Of a DNA stretch of 64,000 bases, positions 10,061 through 20,478 are shown in pieces. Both the position numbers and the translations under genes were made by a program. The notes beneath the pieces were generated by a model that had not been told where the DNA came from, did no database searches, and worked only from the letters and a program-made list of their open reading frames with translations. This stretch comes from Gammaproteobacteria bacterium (GTDB taxonomy: Bacteria > Pseudomonadota > Gammaproteobacteria > JBCCGL01), in NCBI GenBank assembly GCA_965277715.1, contig OZ255836.1, positions 736,001-800,000 on the forward strand, read 5' to 3'. Numbering within the stretch: the first letter of the stretch is position 1; each line of letters begins with the position of its first letter.

Positions 10061-11431
10061 ATGTTCGATATTATTTTCAACACTATCGCTTTTATTATTG
10101 CACTCGGGGTGTTGATCACCTTCCATGAATTTGGTCATTATTGGGTGGCGCGTAAAGCCGGTGTCAAAGTACTGCGATTCTCAGTTGGTTTTGGCACACC
10201 GCTGTGGAAACGCACCGCTGGGGCAGACAATACGGAGTATGTGCTCGCGGCCATCCCTTTGGGTGGCTATGTGAAGATGCTGGATGAGCGTGAGGGTGAG
10301 GTTGCCGAGGATGAGCGGCACCGCGCATTTAACAATAAATCTGTGCTGAGCCGTTGTGCGATTGTCGTCGCTGGCCCTCTTGCCAATTTTCTGCTCGCCA
10401 TCGTCACCTACTGGTTGATGTTTGTGATTGGCATCAGCGGCATTGTACCGATTGTCGGTGAGATCGAACCGCATAGCATCGCAGCCAGAGCAGGGTTTGC
10501 TGAGCAGGACCGTATTGTCTCTATGGATGGTAAAACAGTGACTACCTGGGAGAGTGTTCGCTTTACGCTGCTCGACAGTAGCCTGGGCGGCGATGGAACA
10601 CGCGTTGCACTGGATGTTGTCGACGAACAGGGCCTGGCACAAACGCGTTATATCAATGAGGATTTCTCCCATCTGTTGGAACAACGGGGCGATCTGGTTA
10701 AAAATATCGGGTTGAGCTATTGGTGGCCACCAGTCGTGCCGGTGATTGCCAGTGTTCAGGCGGGTAGCCCGGCCGATGCAGCGGGTTTACAGGCCGGTGA
10801 TCGCTTTGTTGAACTCAATAAGCAAGCAATTCCAGGTTGGTCTGATCTGGTTAGGTTGGTACGTGCGCAACCTGGCCAACAGGTTGATGTTGTCATTGAG
10901 CGAAATGGTCAGTTGGAAACACTGGCGCTCACCATCGGTGAGCGTGATATTAACGGGGTGAAAACGGGTTTTATTGGCGCCCTGGTAGACCAATCCTCTG
11001 ATGCGCGTGAAAAAATGCGCGCCACAACACGCTATGGTTTAATTGATAGCCTGTCTGCCGCGTTACAGCGCAGTTGGGAAATGTCTGTATTGACGTTGCA
11101 CATGTTGGCAAAACTGGTTACCGGGCAGGCTTCGCTGAGCAATATCAGTGGCCCGTTGACGATAGCGCAATTTGCAGGTCAGTCTGCCGCTATTGGTTTT
11201 GACCACTACCTTAATTTTATTGCCATTATCAGTATTAGCCTCGGTATCCTCAATTTGTTACCCATTCCCGTATTGGACGGTGGGCACTTACTGTTCTATA
11301 TCATCGAATGGGTTAAAGGTGCTCCCTTATCTGAAAAAGTACAGTTATTTGGCCAGCAACTGGGTATTGCGTTATTGGTTGGATTGATGAGCCTGGCTTT
11401 TTATAATGACATTTGGCGCCTGATGCAATGA
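10061..11431 (+). CDS. rseP: RIP intramembrane metalloprotease RseP
   Basis: HEFGH, two PDZ domains, NLLPIPVLDGG. Confidence 0.98.
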   Translation: MFDIIFNTIAFIIALGVLITFHEFGHYWVARKAGVKVLRFSVGFGTPLWKRTAGADNTEYVLAAIPLGGYVKMLDEREGEVAEDERHRAFNNKSVLSRCAIVVAGPLANFLLAIVTYWLMFVIGISGIVPIVGEIEPHSIAARAGFAEQDRIVSMDGKTVTTWESVRFTLLDSSLGGDGTRVALDVVDEQGLAQTRYINEDFSHLLEQRGDLVKNIGLSYWWPPVVPVIASVQAGSPADAAGLQAGDRFVELNKQAIPGWSDLVRLVRAQPGQQVDVVIERNGQLETLALTIGERDINGVKTGFIGALVDQSSDAREKMRATTRYGLIDSLSAALQRSWEMSVLTLHMLAKLVTGQASLSNISGPLTIAQFAGQSAAIGFDHYLNFIAIISISLGILNLLPIPVLDGGHLLFYIIEWVKGAPLSEKVQLFGQQLGIALLVGLMSLAFYNDIWRLMQ

Positions 11432-11555
11432 CAACAACGTATCGATATAGTAATGGCATTGCAGGGGGGATTACCTCACGCTGGCGAGTGTCTTTTCAGC
11501 GGGCACTGTTGAAAAGCGCCACTCAATATACTACACACGAATCAGAAGCAGCCTT

Positions 11556-13850
11556 ATGAAAAAAAATAAACTGTGGCTACTGTTTGTCGCAATGGGGTTA
11601 CTCAGTGTGTCCCTGTTGGTCACTGCATCCGATACCTTTATTATTTCCACTATTGAAGTGCGTGGCAATACCCGTACCGATGTGGGTACCGTGTTGAACT
11701 ATCTGCCAGTAAAGAGCGGTGATGCCTTTGACGTCAGGGCAGATACCGGTCGGTCTATCCGGGCACTCTATGAAACAGGGTTGTTCGACGACATCAGCCT
11801 ACACCGAAATGGCGATACGTTGATCGTTGAATTGAGCGAGAGGCCGGTAATTGCGACAATCGATATCGAGGGCAATGAAAAAATAGACGATGATGCGCTG
11901 GAAGAATCCCTGAGAAATGAAGGTATCTTTCGTGGGCGCGTATTCAATCGGTCTGTGTTGGAAACAGTGCAGCGCGAATTGCGCCGTTTGTATGCCAGTG
12001 CCGGGAATTATTCGATGCGTATGGAAACCACCGTTGAAAAACTGGAGCGTAACCGGGTCGCTATTTCCATCAATATTTCTGAAGGCAAGGTGGCGACGAT
12101 TCGACACATTAATATCGTCGGCAATACAGTTTTCGAGGACGATGAGTTATTGGATCTGCTCGAATCAGGCCTTGAATCCTCAAACCCTTTCTCCAGTGCG
12201 GATGAGTATTCGCGTATCAAGCTTGAAGGTGATCTGGAGATCCTTCGCTCGTATTACCTCGATAGGGGGTATATCAATTTCACCATCAGCTCGACCCAGG
12301 TATCTATCTCCGCCGATAAAAAGGCGATTTACGTTACGATTAATATCGAGGAAGGGGAGCGCTACACGATTAATCAGGCTTCGCTGTCCGGTGATTTTTC
12401 TGTGCCCAGGGCTGAGCTTGAGTCACTGCTGGAATTCAGCGCGGGCGATACCTTCTCCCGACAGAATGTTATCCGCACGCGAGACGCGATTATCGATAGG
12501 CTTGGTGAGGATTCCTATGCGTTTGCCAACGTCAACGTCTCTACGGATATAGAGCCGGAGAGCAACGCGGTTGATATCACTTTTTTTATTGATGCGGGTA
12601 AGCGTGTTTATATCAACAGGATTGTTTTTACCGGGCACAGTGGCACCAGCGATTATGTTTTTCGGCGGGAAATGCGCCTGGTTGAGGGCGGGCGGTACTC
12701 GCCGAAACACCTGGATCGCTCGCGCATACGCCTGCAAAGGCTCGCCTTTATCAGTGAAGTCAATGTGGAAACCTCTCGTGTTGTCGGCAGTGACGACTTA
12801 ATTGATATTTATATACATTTGCAGGAAGGGGCCAGCGGTTCATTTACAGTCGGCCTGGGGGTTGGTTCCAATGGCCTGATATTCAATGCGGGTATCAGTC
12901 AGGATAATTTTCTGGGCACGGGTAACCGGGTCAGCTTTAATGTCAACAATTCCCGTAGCAACCGGCAATTGTCTGCTGAATATGGCGAATCATTCTATAC
13001 CGTTGACGGCATCAGCCGCACAATCAATGCGTTTCTGCGCGAACGGGATGCCACCGAGATCACCTCGACAACCGATTTTGTCGCCGATAGCTATGGCTTA
13101 GGTTTACGCTATGGTATTCCCTTAACTGAATTTTCTTCAATGAGTGCTGGTTTTAATTTTACTAATACACAGATTACTGCAACAGCGGGCACGTCAAATG
13201 AAATCAGAGCAGAACTCAGCCGGGAGGGCAACGATTTCGATATTTTTACCGTGGATCTCAGCTATGCATTTGATGATCGCAATCGTACCGTTTTTGCTGA
13301 AACAGGTAGCCTTCATCGCATATCCTTATCAGTGGCGGTACCTGGGAGTGATTCGGAGTTTTATAAACTTGGGTATCGTTTGGAATACTATTATCCATTG
13401 ACCAAAAAGCTGGTTTTTTCATTGAATAACCGCACGGATTTTGGCGATGGGTATGGCAGCGATCAGGAACAATTGCCTTTCTTTGAACGGTTTTTTGCTG
13501 GCGGTGTGCGTTCTTTACGGGGTTATCGACAGGGTAGCCTTGGACCACGGGATTCTACCAATGATGCTGCCGGTGGCGACTTTCGTTTCCTGAATACGAT
13601 TGAATTGATTTTTCCACCCACATTTTCGGATATTGAAGGCCAGACACGGGCGAGTTTTTTCACTGATTTTGGCAATGTCTATAACGATATTGATAATTTT
13701 AGATCCAGCGAGTTTCGCGCTACATACGGTTTTTCCTTTGTGTGGCTGGCGCCGATTGGCCCCTTAACATTCAGTCTGGCAAGACCCTACCAGAGTGAAC
13801 CCGGTGACTCGCTACAGACCTTTCAGTTTACCCTTGGGTCAGTTTTTTAG
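11556..13850 (+). CDS. bamA: Outer membrane protein assembly factor BamA
   Basis: Signal peptide, POTRA repeats, LRGY loop-6 motif, C-terminal FQFTLGSVF, synteny. Confidence 0.97.
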   Translation: MKKNKLWLLFVAMGLLSVSLLVTASDTFIISTIEVRGNTRTDVGTVLNYLPVKSGDAFDVRADTGRSIRALYETGLFDDISLHRNGDTLIVELSERPVIATIDIEGNEKIDDDALEESLRNEGIFRGRVFNRSVLETVQRELRRLYASAGNYSMRMETTVEKLERNRVAISINISEGKVATIRHINIVGNTVFEDDELLDLLESGLESSNPFSSADEYSRIKLEGDLEILRSYYLDRGYINFTISSTQVSISADKKAIYVTINIEEGERYTINQASLSGDFSVPRAELESLLEFSAGDTFSRQNVIRTRDAIIDRLGEDSYAFANVNVSTDIEPESNAVDITFFIDAGKRVYINRIVFTGHSGTSDYVFRREMRLVEGGRYSPKHLDRSRIRLQRLAFISEVNVETSRVVGSDDLIDIYIHLQEGASGSFTVGLGVGSNGLIFNAGISQDNFLGTGNRVSFNVNNSRSNRQLSAEYGESFYTVDGISRTINAFLRERDATEITSTTDFVADSYGLGLRYGIPLTEFSSMSAGFNFTNTQITATAGTSNEIRAELSREGNDFDIFTVDLSYAFDDRNRTVFAETGSLHRISLSVAVPGSDSEFYKLGYRLEYYYPLTKKLVFSLNNRTDFGDGYGSDQEQLPFFERFFAGGVRSLRGYRQGSLGPRDSTNDAAGGDFRFLNTIELIFPPTFSDIEGQTRASFFTDFGNVYNDIDNFRSSEFRATYGFSFVWLAPIGPLTFSLARPYQSEPGDSLQTFQFTLGSVF

Positions 13851-13937
13851 TGGTTAAATTAACAATACAGTCTTTCATCGACAACACTTTGCCTTATAAT
13901 TATGGTCTTATAGTGCGCGATTGACAGGAGTATAGGT

Positions 13938-14450
13938 TTGAGAACAATTTTTATTATTGGCCTGATTTGCGGTCTTTTTTCGACTCCGATAATGGCAAAA
14001 GAACTTGTTATTGGCTTTGTCGATGTGCCGCGCCTTATTGACAAATCACCTCAGTCACTGGCGGCGGGTACACGGCTTGAAAAAGAGTTTGCACCGCGTC
14101 AAAACCGGCTTAAGGCCGAACGTAGCAAACTCAAGAAAATGAGTGATAAGCTGGAAAAAGAAGCACTGGTGATGACCAATACCCAGCGCTCACAGTTGGA
14201 GCTGGATATTCGCAAGCTTGAGCGGAGTCTAAAACGCGACGAACAGGATTTTCGTGAAGAGCTGAATATCAAGAAGAATAATGAATTTAAAAAGGTGCGC
14301 CAACTGGTACTGAAATCGATCCTACAGTTCGCCAAAAGAGACGAATACGATTTGATTCTGAGTGAAGGCGTGGTATTTGCGCACAAACGCATTGATATCA
14401 CTGAACAGATTATCAAAATAATGACGGAACTTGATCGATCGGGTAGCTAG
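13938..14450 (+). CDS. skp: Periplasmic chaperone Skp/OmpH
   Basis: Signal peptide, IGFVD, coiled coil, YDLIL..V.F....DIT; TTG start with AGGAG RBS; lies between bamA and lpxD. Confidence 0.95.
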   Translation: MRTIFIIGLICGLFSTPIMAKELVIGFVDVPRLIDKSPQSLAAGTRLEKEFAPRQNRLKAERSKLKKMSDKLEKEALVMTNTQRSQLELDIRKLERSLKRDEQDFREELNIKKNNEFKKVRQLVLKSILQFAKRDEYDLILSEGVVFAHKRIDITEQIIKIMTELDRSGS

Positions 14451-14511
14451 TGTCTCGCAACCGGTTTATCCACAGTGATCGAGAGCACTCCCTAGGTTAG
14501 CCGAAAAAAAA

Positions 14512-15549
14512 ATGTCTATTACCAGCGGTGATATTGCCAACAAACTGGGTGTTTCACTGGTAGGTGATAAATCGGTAGAAATCACGCATGTTGCGCCACT
14601 CTATCGGGCGGGGGCGCAGTCGCTCACTTTTATTAATCATTCACGCTTTATACCTCAGCTCCAAAGCACTGGCGCCTCGCTGGTTATACTCAAACCTGAA
14701 TGGGCATTACACAATAGCAATGCCAGTATTATTGTCGATAACCCCTATGCGTATTACGCACGGGCCGCAACCATTCTCTATCCACGTGAGCGCCCTTCTA
14801 CGGGCATTCACCCCAGTGCGGTCATTGCCCCCAGTGCGACTATAAGCGGGCAGGTTTCTGTCGGTGTTAATAGCTCTATTGCCGATGGGGTCTCTATTGG
14901 TAAGGGTGTTGTGATTGGCGCTGGCTGCCGTATTAGTGAAAATGTGCGTATAGGTGACAATACTGTACTCAGAGGCAATGTCGTGGTCGAGCATGAGTGT
15001 CAGATTGGGCAGCAGTGCTTATTGCAGTCCGGTGTCGTCATCGGTAGTGATGGGTTTGGTTATGCACAAGACAACGGGCAGTGGGTGCCTATACCGCAGG
15101 TGGGTCGCGTATTAATCGGCGACCGGGTTGAAATTGGTGCGAACACCACGATTGATCGTGGCGCATTAGACGATACGGTGATTGAAGAAGGCGTGATACT
15201 CGATAACCAGATTCAAGTGGCGCACAATGTCTGTATCGGGAAAAACACAGCGATTGCTGGCTGCGTGGGCATTGCCGGCAGTGCAAAAATAGGCCAACGC
15301 TGTACTATAGGCGGCGCAAGCACGGTGCTGGGTCACTTGGAGATTGTTGACGATGTGCATATCAATGCGATGTCACTGGTGGCTTCATCAATTAAACAGC
15401 CGGGGTGTTACTCATCGAGTACCCCCCATGATGAAGCGAATCAATGGCGGAAAAATTTTGCACGTTTTCGCCACCTCGACAAAATGGCAAAACGCCTTAA
15501 AGCGGTTGAAAAAAAGTCGCAACAACTTGAACAAAAATTTAATTTATAG
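14512..15549 (+). CDS. lpxD: UDP-3-O-acyl-glucosamine N-acyltransferase
   Basis: Hexapeptide repeats, IGSDGFGY, EIGANTTIDRG, DNQIQVAHNV. Confidence 0.98.
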   Translation: MSITSGDIANKLGVSLVGDKSVEITHVAPLYRAGAQSLTFINHSRFIPQLQSTGASLVILKPEWALHNSNASIIVDNPYAYYARAATILYPRERPSTGIHPSAVIAPSATISGQVSVGVNSSIADGVSIGKGVVIGAGCRISENVRIGDNTVLRGNVVVEHECQIGQQCLLQSGVVIGSDGFGYAQDNGQWVPIPQVGRVLIGDRVEIGANTTIDRGALDDTVIEEGVILDNQIQVAHNVCIGKNTAIAGCVGIAGSAKIGQRCTIGGASTVLGHLEIVDDVHINAMSLVASSIKQPGCYSSSTPHDEANQWRKNFARFRHLDKMAKRLKAVEKKSQQLEQKFNL

Positions 15550-15638
15550 CGTGAGTTTGTAGACTGTTATTTGCCTGAATGCCAGTTAATTCAGCATTCT
15601 TAGTCATGGCTTCAGACGCAGGTTTTAGGGGACACAAT

Positions 15639-16088
15639 TTGCCAGATTTTACGATAAACGAAGTACTGAAATATCTGCCTCACCGCTACCCGTTTTTGTT
15701 AATTGACCGGGTGATGGAATACGAGCAGGGGGTTCGGCTCAAAGCGGTTAAAAATGTCACCTATAATGAGCCATTTTTTCAAGGACATTTTCCTATCAAA
15801 CCTATTTTTCCGGGTGTGATGATTATTGAGGCGATGGCTCAGGCAACGGCAATCCTCTCATTGCGCACACGTGGTGGGTATCCGGCTGAAGGCGAATTAT
15901 ATTTATTGGTTGGCATCGACAATGCACGCTTTAAACGCCAGGTGGAGCCGGGTGATCAACTGACTATCGATGTCAATATTGTGCGTGGAAAACGCGGTAT
16001 ATGGTGTTATCAGGGAGTGGCCAGTGTCGATGGGCAATTAGCCTGCTCGGCAGATTTAATGGGTGCATTTAAAAAGGTTGAGGTTTGA
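15639..16088 (+). CDS. fabZ: 3-hydroxyacyl-ACP dehydratase
   Basis: LPHRYPFLLIDRV, FFQGHFP, PGVMIIEAMAQ; likely TTG start at 15639 after AGGGG. Confidence 0.98.
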   Translation: MPDFTINEVLKYLPHRYPFLLIDRVMEYEQGVRLKAVKNVTYNEPFFQGHFPIKPIFPGVMIIEAMAQATAILSLRTRGGYPAEGELYLLVGIDNARFKRQVEPGDQLTIDVNIVRGKRGIWCYQGVASVDGQLACSADLMGAFKKVEV

Positions 16089-16855
16089 TTCACGCCTCCG
16101 CCATTGTCGACGCCACTGCAATTGTTGCCGATGATTGTGATATCGGACCGTTTTGCACAATTGGCGCAGGTGTGGAAATTGGCAGTGGTACAACAATACA
16201 TTCGCACGTGGTGATCAAAGGGCCGACCACCATTGGCAGGAACAATACCATCTATCAATTTGCCTCAGTGGGCGAAGCGCCACAGGACTTGAAATACGCA
16301 GGCGAACCAACGCGATTGATCATAGGGGACAATAATGTCATTCGCGAATACGTGACCTTACACCGTGGCACGGTGGATGGCGGGGGGGTTACCCGCCTTG
16401 GCAATGGCAACCTGTTAATGGCCTACGCCCATGTGGCGCACGATTGCATCATCGGCGACGGTGTTATTATGTCAAACGCCGCCTCGATTGCCGGGCATGT
16501 AACATTGGGAGACCAGGCCATTCTTGGTGGTTTTACCTGTGTCCACCAGTTTACCCGGATCGGCCCGCACAGTTTTTCTGGATTGGGCACAGTGATTAAC
16601 CGTGATGTCCCACCGTTTATTAGCGTTGCAGGCAACCATGCGCGTGCCGTTAGTATTAACAAAAAAGGGCTACAGAGGCGGGGTTTTAGCGATGAGACAA
16701 TTGCCGCTCTACACAAAGCATTCAGAGCGTTGATAAAATCGCGTTCGTCGCGTGTTCTGGCTTTAGAACAGCTTGACGCACTAATAACAACATTTCCCGA
16801 GGTTCGCCAGTTTGTCGACTTTATTGTCTCAAGCCAACGCAGCGTTGTGCGTTAA
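16085..16855 (+). CDS. lpxA: Acyl-ACP--UDP-GlcNAc(3N) acyltransferase LpxA
   Basis: Hexapeptide repeats, PQDLKY, MAYAHVAHDC, HQF. Confidence 0.98.
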   Translation: MIHASAIVDATAIVADDCDIGPFCTIGAGVEIGSGTTIHSHVVIKGPTTIGRNNTIYQFASVGEAPQDLKYAGEPTRLIIGDNNVIREYVTLHRGTVDGGGVTRLGNGNLLMAYAHVAHDCIIGDGVIMSNAASIAGHVTLGDQAILGGFTCVHQFTRIGPHSFSGLGTVINRDVPPFISVAGNHARAVSINKKGLQRRGFSDETIAALHKAFRALIKSRSSRVLALEQLDALITTFPEVRQFVDFIVSSQRSVVR

Positions 16856-16879
16856 CACACCCTATCGGCACCCCATTGC

Positions 16880-17833
16880 GTGAAAACACAAGCGCTTTCG
16901 AACATTCGAACGGCTGTTATTGGCGCGGGTTATCTCGGTAAATTTCACGCTGAAAAGTACGCAACACTACCACAGGCTTCACTGGTTGGTATTGCCGATA
17001 CGAATGCGGATAATGCGCGAAAGATTGCCGGTCAATATACCGTTCCCGCCTATACCGACTACCGCGATTTATTGGGTAAAGTTGATGCCGTCAGTATTGC
17101 TGCACCCACCACATTGCATTTTGAAATAGCCGAGGCCTGTCTACTCAGTGGTGTGCATGTATTGGTTGAGAAGCCGATTACAGTGACAATTGATGAAGCC
17201 GATGCCCTGATCGACATTGCGCGTCAAAAAAAATGCATACTGCAGGTTGGGCATATGCAGCGCTTTCACCCGGCCTTGTTGGAACTGGATACGCTGTTGT
17301 GCCGCCCTACATTTATTGAAACGCATCGTCTGGCACCGTTCAATCCGCGTGGTACTGACGTTAATGTGGTGTTGGACCTGATGATTCACGATATCGATAT
17401 AGTCTTGAATCTGGTCGATGCCGGTGTTGCCAGCATTGCCGCCAGTGGTGCCTGTGTTTTATCTGACTCTATCGATATTGCCAATGTGCGGCTCAATTTT
17501 GACGATGGTTGCGTGGCCAATATTACGGCCAGCCGGGTTAGCCAGAAGACCGAGCGCAAGATGCGTATTTTTCAGCAGCACCAATGCCTTTCGGTGGATC
17601 TGTACCAACACCGGCTGACGAATTATTTTCGCAGCCATCACCCGGATTCAGCGCAAACTGCCACGATTGCCAGCCACACCAGTGAATACCAAAACAATGA
17701 TGCGCTGAAAGTACAAATAGCGTCTTTTCTCGATTGTGTGCGGCATACCCGCAGGCCCTTAGTCGCTGGAGAGGATGGCCGTCGTGCGCTGGCGACGGCT
17801 ATGGAAATTACCCGTATGATTTCAGCGGATTAA
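16880..17833 (+). CDS. gnnA: Gfo/Idh/MocA oxidoreductase; UDP-GlcNAc 3-dehydrogenase GnnA
   Basis: GAGYLG, HVLVEKP, DLMIHDID; position between lpxA and lpxB next to a DegT aminotransferase. Confidence 0.82.
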   Translation: MKTQALSNIRTAVIGAGYLGKFHAEKYATLPQASLVGIADTNADNARKIAGQYTVPAYTDYRDLLGKVDAVSIAAPTTLHFEIAEACLLSGVHVLVEKPITVTIDEADALIDIARQKKCILQVGHMQRFHPALLELDTLLCRPTFIETHRLAPFNPRGTDVNVVLDLMIHDIDIVLNLVDAGVASIAASGACVLSDSIDIANVRLNFDDGCVANITASRVSQKTERKMRIFQQHQCLSVDLYQHRLTNYFRSHHPDSAQTATIASHTSEYQNNDALKVQIASFLDCVRHTRRPLVAGEDGRRALATAMEITRMISAD

Positions 17834-17845
17834 CTGGATATTACT

Positions 17846-18940
17846 ATGATCCCGATGGTCGACCTGCAAGGTCAATATCAAATACTGAAAACTGAAATAG
17901 ATGCGGCACTTGCCGTGGTGTTGGATAATGCCCATTACATCCTCGGCCCCAATGTCACTGCTTTTGAACAAGAAGCCGCCGCATACATTGGCTGCAAACA
18001 TGCCATTAGCTGTGCCTCCGGAACAGATGCGCTACAACTGGCACTATGCGCTGCGGGCATCGGTCCAGGCGATGAAGTGATTACCACACCGTTTACGTTT
18101 ATTGCGACAGCCGAAGCCATTTGTTACACCGGCGCTACACCCGTATTTGTCGATATTCTGCCGGGCACCTTTAATATTGACCCCGAGGCTGTTGCCGCAG
18201 CGATTACACCGAGAACGCGTGCAGTGCTCCCTGTACACTTATTTGGACAACCCGCTGATTTACTGGCGATCCAGGCAGTGTGTGAACAACACCAACTGCT
18301 ACTTATTGAAGATTGTGCCCAATCGTTTGGGGCTGCCATCAATGGCAGGATGACAGGTGCGTTTGGTTTATTTGGATGCTATAGCTTTTTTCCAAGCAAA
18401 AACCTCGGTTGCTATGGAGACGGTGGCCTACTGGTCTGCGATGATGATGATATGGCTGAGCAGTGCCGGGTGTTGCGCAACCACGGGAGTAAACAGCGTT
18501 ATTACCACGATGTGATTGGCTACAACAGCCGTCTTGACGAGATTCAGGCGGCGGTGTTGCGGATTAAATTACAACGAATCGATGCATATAACGCGCAGCG
18601 TCGCAGAGTGGCGGCCCGCTATACTGAAAAATTGACATCGGCTAATGTAGTGGCGCCGCTTGAAGACGGTATAGGGGTACATGTTTACCATCAATACACA
18701 CTATTGAGTGAGCGGCGCGAAAGGATCATATCGGCATTGCGCCATGCGGATATTGCCAGCGCGATTTACTACCCGGTGCCATTGCATCAACAACGTGCGT
18801 TTGCCGATAGTGCTATCACCGCGCAGGGTTTTGAGCATACAGAATATACCGCATCCCATTGCGTTTCCCTGCCGATGTACCCTGAATTAACTGAACAGCA
18901 GATTGAACAAATTACCGATCTAGTCGTAGCGTCTGCCTGA
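17846..18940 (+). CDS. gnnB: DegT/DnrJ/EryC1/StrS PLP aminotransferase; UDP-3-keto-GlcNAc transaminase GnnB
   Basis: ASGTDAL, EDCAQ, SFFPSKNLGCYGDGG, NSRLDEIQAA; lpxA-gnnA-gnnB-lpxB synteny. Confidence 0.82.
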   Translation: MIPMVDLQGQYQILKTEIDAALAVVLDNAHYILGPNVTAFEQEAAAYIGCKHAISCASGTDALQLALCAAGIGPGDEVITTPFTFIATAEAICYTGATPVFVDILPGTFNIDPEAVAAAITPRTRAVLPVHLFGQPADLLAIQAVCEQHQLLLIEDCAQSFGAAINGRMTGAFGLFGCYSFFPSKNLGCYGDGGLLVCDDDDMAEQCRVLRNHGSKQRYYHDVIGYNSRLDEIQAAVLRIKLQRIDAYNAQRRRVAARYTEKLTSANVVAPLEDGIGVHVYHQYTLLSERRERIISALRHADIASAIYYPVPLHQQRAFADSAITAQGFEHTEYTASHCVSLPMYPELTEQQIEQITDLVVASA

Positions 18941-18952
18941 CGGCCTGCTCGC

Positions 18953-20110
18953 ATGTTGCCGTTAACTGCCAATGTTATGGTGCTCGCCGGAGAGGCGTCC
19001 GGTGACTTGCATGCCGCCCGTATGGTGCAGGCTTTGCAGCAATGCGGCCAGGATATTCGCCTGCGCGGCATGGGAAGTGATCAGCTACGTGCCGTCGGCG
19101 TCGACTTACTCTTCGACTGCAAAAGCATCGCTGTCGTAGGTTTATTTGAAATACTCAGACACTGGCCGCAAATCAAACGTGCGCTGCACACCATCGAAGC
19201 GGCCATTGTGGAAGACCCGCCCGATTTATTGATATTGGTCGATTATGTCGAATTTAATCTACGTATGGCCGCTGTTGCCAAACGGCTGGGGGTTAAAGTG
19301 TTGTTCTACGTCAGCCCACAAATTTGGGCGTGGCGACCTGAGCGTATCAACAAAATTGGCACCCTGGTTGACATGATGGCGGTGATATTTCCCTTTGAAG
19401 TCAGCTATTACCAGCGTGCGAAGATTCCGGTTCGCTATGTTGGGCACCCCTTGAGTGGTCATGTTATGCCAGGCTGTTCTCGCGATGCGTTTATGCGTGA
19501 GCACAACATCCCCTCAGAAAAAAAAATTATTGGCCTGTTACCTGGCAGTCGTGCCAGTGAAATTCGCTATATCTTACCCGTATTGCTCGATACGGCGCGT
19601 TGCCTTAATCGCAATAGAGACGATATTGTTTTTGCCCTGCCACTGGCACCTAGCTTATCCCAGAGCGATATTGAACAATATATAAACAAGAGCGGTATAA
19701 AGAATATACTGTTGTTGGATGGCCGGGCCTACGATGTGATGCACTGTGCCGATAGCATCGCTATCGCCTCTGGCACCGCCACGCTTGAAGCGGCAATAAT
19801 CGGTGTGCCAATGGCCATAGTGTACAAAGTCAATGCACTGTCCTGGTTATGGATGAAACGCAAGCTGCAAATTGCACACGTCGGCCTGGCAAATATTGTC
19901 GCACAACGTGAAATTGTGCCCGAGTTTATTCAAACGAACTGTCGGGGAGAACTGATCGCCAAAGAGATCACCCGCCAATTGGACGAATCTGGTTACCGGA
20001 ATACCATGCTAAAGGCCCTGTCATCGGTCAGTACTTTATTGGGTGGCAAGGATACGGCGCAGGAAGTTGCGGCGTTAGTACTGGATATGTTGAAGGGATG
20101 TGAAGGGTGA
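18953..20110 (+). CDS. lpxB: Lipid-A-disaccharide synthase
   Basis: AGEASGD, YVSPQIWAWR, LLPGSRASE, SGTATLE. Confidence 0.98.
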   Translation: MLPLTANVMVLAGEASGDLHAARMVQALQQCGQDIRLRGMGSDQLRAVGVDLLFDCKSIAVVGLFEILRHWPQIKRALHTIEAAIVEDPPDLLILVDYVEFNLRMAAVAKRLGVKVLFYVSPQIWAWRPERINKIGTLVDMMAVIFPFEVSYYQRAKIPVRYVGHPLSGHVMPGCSRDAFMREHNIPSEKKIIGLLPGSRASEIRYILPVLLDTARCLNRNRDDIVFALPLAPSLSQSDIEQYINKSGIKNILLLDGRAYDVMHCADSIAIASGTATLEAAIIGVPMAIVYKVNALSWLWMKRKLQIAHVGLANIVAQREIVPEFIQTNCRGELIAKEITRQLDESGYRNTMLKALSSVSTLLGGKDTAQEVAALVLDMLKGCEG

Positions 20111-20129
20111 AGGGGGAGACAATGCGCTT

Positions 20130-20462
20130 TTATGGTTTCCATAGGAGTTCGTCCAGTGATTCGTGCCAGCCAAATCGATTCAATGATACTTTTCCGCCGA
20201 TAAACGCTACGCCTTCTTGAGTCAGTAATTTCTTTTGTAGTGCGTATTGTTCAGAATCTACCGGAAACGCCGATTCACCTTTCGCATTGACTATCCGGTG
20301 CCAGGGAAGGCGCATATGATCGGGCGTATGGCGCAATGCATAGCCGACTAAACGGGCGTGCCGGGGCAGGCCAACCATAGCCGCTATTTGCCCGTAAGTT
20401 GCGACGCTTCCATAGGGCACTTCGCCGATTTTGGCCCAGATTTTTTCATATTCAGCCTGCAT
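20130..20462 (-). CDS. atl: Alkyltransferase-like protein (ATL, YbaZ-like MGMT family)
   Basis: ATYGQIA, ARLVG, and PWHRI, where Trp replaces the alkyl-acceptor Cys of PCHRV. Confidence 0.9.
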   Translation of the reverse strand: MQAEYEKIWAKIGEVPYGSVATYGQIAAMVGLPRHARLVGYALRHTPDHMRLPWHRIVNAKGESAFPVDSEQYALQKKLLTQEGVAFIGGKVSLNRFGWHESLDELLWKP

Positions 20463-20478
20463 AGTTATATCTGACTAT

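Noticed and set aside
14466-14474. Perfect DnaA box TTATCCACA between skp and lpxD (another at 36939-36947 inside nagZ)
   Set aside because: Isolated 9-mers occur at about this frequency by chance. There is no box cluster, DUE or dnaA/gidA context, so this is not oriC.
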